From an uncultured Pseudomonadota bacterium (GTDB lineage Bacteria > SAR324 > NAC60-12), in NCBI GenBank assembly GCA_913020725.1, contig CAJWCD010000096.1, positions 1-14,040 on the forward strand: DNA of 14,040 bases. Direction: 5' to 3'. Positions 7,644-14,040 of the stretch are shown here, one piece after another. The position numbers and the translations under genes are program-made. The first letter of the stretch is position 1, and each line of letters starts with the position of its first letter. Under the pieces are notes generated by a model, which did no database searches, was not told where the DNA came from, and worked only from the letters and a program-made list of their open reading frames with translations.

Positions 7644-7664
7644 GAACACGCCTCGCCAGAGCGC

Positions 7665-8549
7665 TTAGGACGGGGTGATGCCCCGCAGTCGTTCGGTGCG
7701 GCGGCGCAGCAGTTCCACGGTCGTCAGCAAGAGGATGGAGATGATCACAAGGATGGTCGCCGCCGAGAGGATCGTCGGGCTGATTTCTTGGCGAATCCCG
7801 GACCACATCTGGCGGGGCAAGGTGATTTGATCCGGCCCCCCCACGAAGAGGACAATCACCACCTCATCAAAGGAGGTGATGAACGCAAAAAGCCCTCCGG
7901 AAATAACTCCTGGCAAAATCAGCGGCATTTGGATTTTGAAGAAATTGCGGATAGGAGCGCCACCTAAACTGGCAGCAGCTTTGGTGAGGTTGTGATCAAA
8001 ACCGACCAAAGTGGCGGTGACGGTGATGACCACAAAAGGCAGACCCAGAATGGTGTGCGCAAATATCAAACCTGTGAAGGTCGCAACGAGGTTAAGTTTT
8101 GCAAAAAAGAAGAAAATCCCTGATGCAGTAATGATCAACGGGACAATCAACGGCGAAATCATGATGGCCATGATCACTCTGCGATAGGGCATGATGGGGC
8201 GACTGAGCCCGAGCGCACCCAAGATGCCTAGCGTGGTTGCTAGAAATGTGGCAATCACGCCGATGAACAGGCTGTTCTTTGCACCAACGACCCAATTGTC
8301 ACTGCAAACAGTCGTGATCCCCGGATCAGAACAATCCCCGATCAGCAGCCGATACCAGCGCAACGAAAACGCTTCCGGATCGAAGGCGAGCATCCCCGCA
8401 GTGAACTCCAAAAACGGTGACGCCGAAAACGAAATCGGAATCACGACCAGTAGCGGCATCACCAAGAAGAACAGCACCAAGGCACAAATCGCCAAATAGG
8501 TGTAGTGCCAAAGCCGTTGGGCTGGAGTTGCGTAAATCGGGAGTCCCAT
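7665..8549 (-). CDS. ABC transporter permease, PotC-like
   Basis: FSLRWY, SPLIVPLII, AHTILGLPFVV, EAA-loop variant LTKAAASLGG, FITSFDEVVI.LF, TLPRQMWSGIR; multiple transmembrane segments; starts 3 bp after the upstream permease stop. Confidence 0.93.
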   Translation of the reverse strand: MGLPIYATPAQRLWHYTYLAICALVLFFLVMPLLVVIPISFSASPFLEFTAGMLAFDPEAFSLRWYRLLIGDCSDPGITTVCSDNWVVGAKNSLFIGVIATFLATTLGILGALGLSRPIMPYRRVIMAIMISPLIVPLIITASGIFFFFAKLNLVATFTGLIFAHTILGLPFVVITVTATLVGFDHNLTKAAASLGGAPIRNFFKIQMPLILPGVISGGLFAFITSFDEVVIVLFVGGPDQITLPRQMWSGIRQEISPTILSAATILVIISILLLTTVELLRRRTERLRGITPS

Positions 8550-8552
8550 CCG

Positions 8553-10178
8553 TCAACCGAGTTTCATGTTGTCAACACCGACAAGTTTGTCATAAATCCA
8601 GTAGAGGATCATGATCGCGCCAAGCAGAACCGTGCCCATCGCAGCCGCCAGACCCCAGTTGAGGGATTTCTGCATGTGATACGCCACCATGTTTCCAATC
8701 AGCTTGCCATCCTTTCCGCCCACTAACTCCGGGGTGATGTAGTAACCAATCGCAACAATGAACACCAAAATCACTCCGGCCCCCACCCCCGGAAGGGTCT
8801 GCGGCATGTACACCCGCAGGAAAGCCAGTGAGGGCGTGGCCCCAAGATTCTGCGCGGCCCTCATGAAACTTGGCGGGATTCCCTTCATCACGCTATAAAT
8901 CGGCAGGATCATGAACGGCAGCAGAATCTGAATCATCACGATCACCGTGCCCGTGAAGTTGTACATCATGGGCAGGCGGTTCTCATCGGCAAGGATTCCG
9001 GCAGTGACCAGTACGCTGTTGACCACCCCCTCTTGTTGGAGCATCACCATCCACGCCACAATACGGACGAGCAGCGAAGTCCAGAAGGGCATCAAAACAC
9101 AGATCATCAAGAGGTTGGAATACTTGAGCGGCAGGGTCGCTAACAGGTGTGCGGTCGGATACGCCAAAAGCAGGCAACCTACTGTGACAATGAAACTCAG
9201 AAGCAAGGTTCGCCACCAGAGCATCACATAAACCTGCCGTTCCTCCGGTTGCATGATGATGCTCTTGCTCTCATCAAATTTCCGGTCGAAGGCATTCAGG
9301 TAATACACGCTCGTGAAGGGGTCTTTCATGACGATGAGGGATTGCCAGACCGCCACGTCCCCCCAGCGGTTGTCAATCTTGATCAGGGCTTCCTTGTACG
9401 GAGGGTTTTTTATTTTTTTGAAATTGCGTCTGGATTTCTTGACCAGACTTTTCCAGCCTGGTTTTTCGTAGTTCATCCGGGTGCTGGATTTTCCTGCCAG
9501 AAATTTCTGAGCAGAACTGAGGTCTTTGTAGAGGGCACTGTAAAATTTTTCTCCCGGAACACTCTGTTGATCCCAAGCTTTCAACACCTTGAACATTCTG
9601 CTGCAAGCGGCATTCGCCAGTGGTGTGAGAGAAGAACAGATATCAAACTGCGCACGTTTTTGAACATTGCGCATGTCCCGCTTTGTTCCTTGAAATTCCA
9701 AAGCATCTTGGACAAGCTTACTGAGTGGTAGCCAGGTTTCGACTTCACCCCAGCGTGGATTGATTTGCAGGATGTGTTCTTTGTAAGGCCCTCTTTTGGG
9801 AATCTCTACATGCCATCCGGGATCCTCCAGATCAACTTGGCTTCCGGTGTTGTTGGCAATCAAGAATTTGTTGATTGTTCCCAAATCAAAGTACACGGCC
9901 TCAAACAGTTCCTCGTCAGGCAGGGTTTGCCGATCCCACTTCTCGATGAGCCGGAAGGTCAGCGGCAATTGGTGGTTGATGAGTTGATCATCCACACTAC
10001 GCGTGAGCAAGTTGCTGATGGGAAGCACGAACATCAGCAACAAAAACAGCAGGGGCGGCAACACGAGCATCGTTGCGCGCAACTTGTTGCGGCGCATCGA
10101 GCGCTGGAGGCTGACCTTCAGCGGGGTGCCGTCTGCGGTCAGCAGGGGCGGAGTCGCCGTGATGGAGGCGCTGGGCAT
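8553..10178 (-). CDS. ABC transporter permease, PotB-like, with a large duplicated extracytoplasmic insertion (541 aa)
   Basis: C-terminal half has LLLAYP.A, LMPFWTSLLVR..AW, LLPFMILPIYSVM, EAA loop RAAQNLGA, GYYITPELVGG, NWGLAAA. Residues ~60-315 are a soluble insertion after the first transmembrane helix. Confidence 0.93.
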   Translation of the reverse strand: MPSASITATPPLLTADGTPLKVSLQRSMRRNKLRATMLVLPPLLFLLLMFVLPISNLLTRSVDDQLINHQLPLTFRLIEKWDRQTLPDEELFEAVYFDLGTINKFLIANNTGSQVDLEDPGWHVEIPKRGPYKEHILQINPRWGEVETWLPLSKLVQDALEFQGTKRDMRNVQKRAQFDICSSLTPLANAACSRMFKVLKAWDQQSVPGEKFYSALYKDLSSAQKFLAGKSSTRMNYEKPGWKSLVKKSRRNFKKIKNPPYKEALIKIDNRWGDVAVWQSLIVMKDPFTSVYYLNAFDRKFDESKSIIMQPEERQVYVMLWWRTLLLSFIVTVGCLLLAYPTAHLLATLPLKYSNLLMICVLMPFWTSLLVRIVAWMVMLQQEGVVNSVLVTAGILADENRLPMMYNFTGTVIVMIQILLPFMILPIYSVMKGIPPSFMRAAQNLGATPSLAFLRVYMPQTLPGVGAGVILVFIVAIGYYITPELVGGKDGKLIGNMVAYHMQKSLNWGLAAAMGTVLLGAIMILYWIYDKLVGVDNMKLG

Positions 10179-10212
10179 GGAAGTCTCAATCGTCCGGAAA
10201 GCAAGCCGTCCT

Positions 10213-10249
10213 AAAGAAACGGGGAACCGCCGTTGCCGACGACTCCCCG
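10213..10249 (-). terminator. Rho-independent terminator/attenuating hairpin between binding-protein and permease genes
   Basis: Minus strand reads CGGGGAGTCGTCG-GCAA-CGGCGGTTCCCCG-TTTCTTT: 13-bp stem fully paired only on this strand (three G-U pairs), GNRA tetraloop, U-rich tail. Confidence 0.85.
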
Positions 10250-10276
10250 CTCTTCATGCAGAACAACTGAAAGGGG

Positions 10277-11383
10277 TTACTTGCCCATCCACGCCGTGAA
10301 GCGCTCCGAGATGGAGTCGCCGTTGTCCGCCCACCATTCAGGATTAGCGTATAATCCACCTTTCATGTGCTCATCCGTGTTAGGCATGTGCGGCATGATG
10401 TTCTTACCGTTGTGGAAGAAGGGCTCATTAGCCGCGAGGATTGCCATGCCGGATTTTCTCATCGGACCATAGTTGATCCACTTGGCCTGACCTGCTTGCT
10501 GAGCAGGTGCTGAGGCGTGAACCAGAAAGCGCAGGGCTTCGTCATAGTTCGGGGTACCTTTGGTCATTACCAGCCATTCCTCTTCAAGCACCTGACCATC
10601 CCAGATTGGAACAAACGGAGCGTCTTCTGAAAGAATAGCAGCACCAACACGACCGTTATAGGCCAGCGCCATCGACGTCTCTCCGCTCATGACGAACTCC
10701 AGTGGCTTTGCTCCGGCCGACCAGAAGACGACGTGGTCCTTAATTGTATCCAACTTGGCGAACGCACGGTCAATGCCAGCCGGGGTGTCCATGACCTTGT
10801 ACACGTCGCTGGCGGCAACGCCATCGGCCATCAGCGCCATTTCGATGAGTGCGTTGGCCCATGTATGAATTCCACGTTTGCCCTTAAACTTGTTGACGTT
10901 GAAGAAGTCGCCAATCGTCGAGGGCTGCGCCCCGGAGAAGGTACCCTTCTTGTAGAATGCCATGTAGGACCACCAGATCTGCGGAACAACGCAGTCATTG
11001 GGTGCTTGGACAAACATGTCCTGATCCATCGGGGTACCGTCCGGAGCCTTAGCAAAAACGTCCCGAGGCAATTCCTCAAACAGACCTTCGTCACAGCCTG
11101 TACGAGCCTGACTAGGCAAAACGTCCACGATGTCCCACTGGATACTTCCCGATTCTACCTGGGTTCGCACTTCTCCCAAACCACCGTTGTAGTTAACAAA
11201 TTTTACTTTTCCACCAATAAGAGGTGAATCAGAAAAGGTGTCCCCATAGGCCTTCTGCTGGCTCATGGTGTAGGCACCGCCCCAGGAGGCGATGGTGACC
11301 TCTGCAGACGCTTGGCTCGCAAAGCCGACAGCACCCAGCACAGCCGATACCGCCAGTGCCATTACGCGATTCATGACTTTCAT
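10277..11383 (-). CDS. ABC transporter periplasmic substrate-binding protein (polyamine/opine-type superfamily, substrate unknown)
   Basis: Sec signal peptide ending ASQASA|EV, TIASWGGAY, YNGGLGEVRTQVESG..WDIVD, IEMALMADGV, AFAKLDTIK, AYNGR, INYGP. Shine-Dalgarno AGGAG upstream. Confidence 0.93.
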   Translation of the reverse strand: MKVMNRVMALAVSAVLGAVGFASQASAEVTIASWGGAYTMSQQKAYGDTFSDSPLIGGKVKFVNYNGGLGEVRTQVESGSIQWDIVDVLPSQARTGCDEGLFEELPRDVFAKAPDGTPMDQDMFVQAPNDCVVPQIWWSYMAFYKKGTFSGAQPSTIGDFFNVNKFKGKRGIHTWANALIEMALMADGVAASDVYKVMDTPAGIDRAFAKLDTIKDHVVFWSAGAKPLEFVMSGETSMALAYNGRVGAAILSEDAPFVPIWDGQVLEEEWLVMTKGTPNYDEALRFLVHASAPAQQAGQAKWINYGPMRKSGMAILAANEPFFHNGKNIMPHMPNTDEHMKGGLYANPEWWADNGDSISERFTAWMGK

Positions 11384-11476
11384 AAGGTTTCTCCTAATGA
11401 AGTGAAATTATATGAGATCGGGAAGCACCCCGAATCCCAGCTCAGTTAGGGCTTGAGTCCCTGCGAGGCAGTTGCT

Positions 11477-12577
11477 TCAAGCCGTGGCGGGCACATCAAG
11501 TGCCCGTGCATCCTCTGCCAGCCAGCCCACCTGCACCGCATCCCCCGGTTGCAGAGAGGCGTGGCCTGCAGAGTTTGGGACCTTGACGATGAAATCGTCA
11601 TGGCCACAGACATTAACTCGGGCACGGATATGGTCCCCAAGGTAAATCAGTTCCTCCACTTGTCCATTCGCAAGGTTGGGGCAACTTCCCTCTTCTGGAT
11701 TGATCACCACCCGCTCCGGACGTAAGGAAATCATGGCCGGTTTGGAAACCCCCGCGATCTTCACGGAGGTGGCTTCAAAACGCTCGCCCGTTGCCATCAC
11801 GACTAGGCAGCGGCCATTTCCTTCCGAAACAACCTCGCCAACGAGCGTGTTGTTCTCCCCAATGAACTGCGCGACAAAGGCATTCTCCGGAGCTTCATAG
11901 AGTGCTTCCGGAGCCGCTAATTGCTGGATGACTCCGTCGTTGAAGACCGCAATGCGGTTCGACATCGTCAGCGCCTCACTCTGGTCATGGGTGACATAAA
12001 CAACGGTGACGCCCAAGTTTTCGTGGATGTGCTTGATCTCGTACTGCATCTGCTCCCGGAGTTGCTTGTCGAGCGCTCCGAGCGGTTCGTCCATCAAAAC
12101 GAGCTTGGGCTCGAACACCAGTGCCCGCGCCACGGCGACCCGCTGTTGCTGGCCTCCAGAAAGTTGCGCTGGACGGCGACGGGCAAAATCCTGCAACTGC
12201 ACCATCCCCAACGCCTTCTTGACGCGCTCGTCAATCTCGCTCTTGAGCAGCTTGCGCACCTCCAGTGGGAAGGCGAGGTTTTCGTACACCGTCATGTGCG
12301 GGAAGAGCGCATAGTTCTGGAAAACCATGCCGATGTTGCGCTTGTGCGGCGGAACATTGTTGATGGGGGTGCCGTCGAGGATGATCTCACCGTGGGTGGC
12401 GGTCTCAAAGCCCGCGATCATCATCAGACAGGTGGTCTTCCCAGAGCCGGATGGCCCCAGCATCGTGAGGAATTCACCCTCCACGATATCGAGGTTGAGG
12501 TTCTTGACCACGAGGGTCTCACCGTCGTAGCTCTTCTGGACTTTCTGAAAGCGGACGTAGGCTTCGCTGGAGGGCAT
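11477..12577 (-). CDS. ABC transporter ATP-binding subunit, PotA-like with C-terminal TOBE domain
   Basis: Walker A GPSGSGKTT, Q-loop VFQNYALFPHM, signature LSGGQQQR, Walker B VLMDEPLGALD, H-loop VTHDQ, SLRPER and YLG TOBE motifs. Start at ATG 12577; the ORF-track TTG at 12643 coincides with a -35 box. Confidence 0.95.
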   Translation of the reverse strand: MPSSEAYVRFQKVQKSYDGETLVVKNLNLDIVEGEFLTMLGPSGSGKTTCLMMIAGFETATHGEIILDGTPINNVPPHKRNIGMVFQNYALFPHMTVYENLAFPLEVRKLLKSEIDERVKKALGMVQLQDFARRRPAQLSGGQQQRVAVARALVFEPKLVLMDEPLGALDKQLREQMQYEIKHIHENLGVTVVYVTHDQSEALTMSNRIAVFNDGVIQQLAAPEALYEAPENAFVAQFIGENNTLVGEVVSEGNGRCLVVMATGERFEATSVKIAGVSKPAMISLRPERVVINPEEGSCPNLANGQVEELIYLGDHIRARVNVCGHDDFIVKVPNSAGHASLQPGDAVQVGWLAEDARALDVPATA

Positions 12578-12615
12578 GCTCACTCGTGAGAGGTTTTCAA
12601 ATGCCAAACGGTCAC

Positions 12616-12643
12616 ACCTTAACAGGGGGGTACAAAATGTCAA
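12616..12643 (-). promoter_or_regulatory. Sigma70-type promoter of the ABC operon
   Basis: Minus strand: perfect TTGACA (12643-12638), 16-nt spacer ending in TGn, TAAGGT (12621-12616), about 40 nt upstream of the ATPase ATG. Confidence 0.65.
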
Positions 12644-12670
12644 CCGCTAAGGTCATTTTCCTGAACACAA

Positions 12671-13915
12671 TCAACGAGCGGACGCTCCCTGCGCAAACCA
12701 GGTGGCGATGAGCTGGCGTTCGGCTTCCGTGATCTGTGTGAGGTTGCCGAGCGGCATGTAGCCAATGCGGACGGTTTCGGCGAGCTTGACCGTGTGTTGA
12801 GCGACTTGTTCCGGAGTTTCCAGCATCACGCCTTTGGGCGGTTGGGCGAATCCCGGTTGTGTTGGCTGGGCCGCATGGCAGGTGACGCAACGCTGCTTCA
12901 GCACCTGCTGCACCTGCGCGAAACTCACCTGCTCGTTTCCGGAAGCGGTTTCCAAAGACTTGGGTGCCAGTGCCACCATAAGTCCCACCAACAGCACGGT
13001 TCCGGACAGCGGTAGCCACCATCGGCTTTCACCTCGATGCCGCAGCACGAAAAACTGCCGGATCAGCACCCCCGCCAGCATAATCACCAGCAGCACGAGC
13101 CAGCCGTGTTCATGGCTGTAGGTCATCGGGGAGTGGTTGCTGATCATGATGAACAGCACGGGCAGCGTGAAGTAGGTGTTGTGAACCGAGCGCTGCTTGC
13201 CGATGACTCCGGGCGTGGGGTCAACCTCCGCGCCTGCCCGGATTTGCGCGACCATCTTTTTCTGTCCGGGGATGATGTGGAAGAAGACGTTGGCAACCAT
13301 CATCGTGCCCAGCATCGCACCAACGTGAACGAACGCCGCCCGTGCGCTGAAGAGTTGGAACAACGCATAATCCGACGCCACCACGAAGACGAAAACCAGC
13401 ATGGCCAGCAGGTTGTCCTTGCCCACCAGCAGCCGGCAGAGTCCATCGTAAGCGAACCAACCGACGCCAATGAAGGCGACGCTGAGGCTGATGGCTTGAG
13501 CGGAAGTCAATGCCAGCACCCGCGAGTCAATCAGGAAGGCGTTCGCTCCAAACCAATAGATCAGCGCCAGTAGCGCCATTCCGGAAAGCCAAGTGGTGTA
13601 GGCTTCGTACTTTGTCCAATGCAAGTCGTCGCTGAGGGGTTCGCCTTTGGGGCCAGTCAGGAATTTCTGGCTCACATAAAACCCACCGCCATGCACTGCC
13701 CAGAGTTCCCCGAACACCCCGCGCTGCTCATCCTCTGGGTGCTTGGGCGGCTTCAGCGAGAAATCGAGCATCACGAAATAAAACGATGAGCCAATCCACG
13801 CCACTCCGGCGATGACGTGCAGCCAGCGCACCAGCAGGTTGGCCCAGTCGAGCAGGTAGGATTCCATCAGCCTTGCTTGTGAAATAGAGCGCACATCATC
13901 AGAAGAAAATACCAT
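12671..13915 (-). CDS. puuD: Membrane-bound cytochrome c urate hydroxylase (PuuD)
   Basis: LDWANLLVRWLHVIAGVAWIGSSFYF, GELWAVHGGGFY, LHWTKYEAYTTWLSG, GAMLGTMMVANVFFHIIPGQ, KQRSVHNTYFTLPVLFIMISNH; several transmembrane helices; C-terminal heme motif CVTCH (12875-12889) and MPLGNLT. Start is 13915 (AGGAGGAGG immediately upstream) or 13867 (MESYLLD). Confidence 0.92.
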   Translation of the reverse strand: MVFSSDDVRSISQARLMESYLLDWANLLVRWLHVIAGVAWIGSSFYFVMLDFSLKPPKHPEDEQRGVFGELWAVHGGGFYVSQKFLTGPKGEPLSDDLHWTKYEAYTTWLSGMALLALIYWFGANAFLIDSRVLALTSAQAISLSVAFIGVGWFAYDGLCRLLVGKDNLLAMLVFVFVVASDYALFQLFSARAAFVHVGAMLGTMMVANVFFHIIPGQKKMVAQIRAGAEVDPTPGVIGKQRSVHNTYFTLPVLFIMISNHSPMTYSHEHGWLVLLVIMLAGVLIRQFFVLRHRGESRWWLPLSGTVLLVGLMVALAPKSLETASGNEQVSFAQVQQVLKQRCVTCHAAQPTQPGFAQPPKGVMLETPEQVAQHTVKLAETVRIGYMPLGNLTQITEAERQLIATWFAQGASAR

Positions 13916-13986
13916 CCTCCTCCTGCGGGATCAAAGAAATTTAAATGCTCGAAGATTCACGGAAAAACGAAAGGGGCGCAGTGGTA

Positions 13987-14037
13987 TATAATGAAATGAT
14001 ATCCTCTTGAGGTGATGTCTCAACCTTCCAAAGGAGA
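13987..14037 (+). promoter_or_regulatory. -10 box and ribosome-binding site of a divergent gene starting just beyond the window
   Basis: TATAAT at 13987-13992 and AAGGAG at 14032-14037; the window ends 3 nt later. No convincing -35 box. Confidence 0.5.
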
Positions 14038-14040
14038 TTA

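Noticed and set aside
6486..7649. Minus-strand ORFs 6486-7082 and 7110-7649
   Set aside because: Antisense to the well-supported amidinotransferase; no motifs.
12578..12643. N-terminal extension of the ATPase given by the ORF track (MTFCTPLL..)
   Set aside because: The TTG is the start of the TTGACA -35 box, and ATPase-like sequence begins at MPSSEAYVRF (12577).
9147..13573. Plus-strand ORFs 9147-9731, 9765-10214, 10733-11227, 11921-12589 and 13037-13573
   Set aside because: Antisense shadows of the ABC genes and puuD.
1..14040. CRISPR array, tRNA/rRNA, insertion sequence or prophage genes
   Set aside because: Intergenic gaps are all under ~170 bp with no repeat-spacer series, cloverleaf, terminal inverted repeats or mobile-element ORFs recognised.

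Overview
Gene-dense bacterial window (mostly ~55-60% GC by eye) centred on organic-nitrogen catabolism. Left to right: the 3' part of a VapC/PIN toxin gene (+); a minus-strand run of PaaI thioesterase, alpha/beta carboxylesterase, msrP (no adjacent msrQ) and a creatinase; a small membrane protein (+); a lower-GC pair of a metal-type M24 peptidase and a PhyH-family Fe(II)/2-oxoglutarate dioxygenase (+); an AGAT-like amidinotransferase (+); a four-gene PotABCD-like ABC importer (-) whose large permease has a tandemly duplicated extracytoplasmic domain; and the membrane urate hydroxylase puuD (-). The best candidate for an undescribed system is the co-location of creatinase, amidinotransferase, dioxygenase, second M24 hydrolase and importer, which suggests a creatine/guanidino-compound salvage pathway. 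That pathway is inferred from gene neighbourhood only. No rRNA, tRNA, CRISPR array or transposase was recognised. All family calls come from motifs read by eye, not from database searches.
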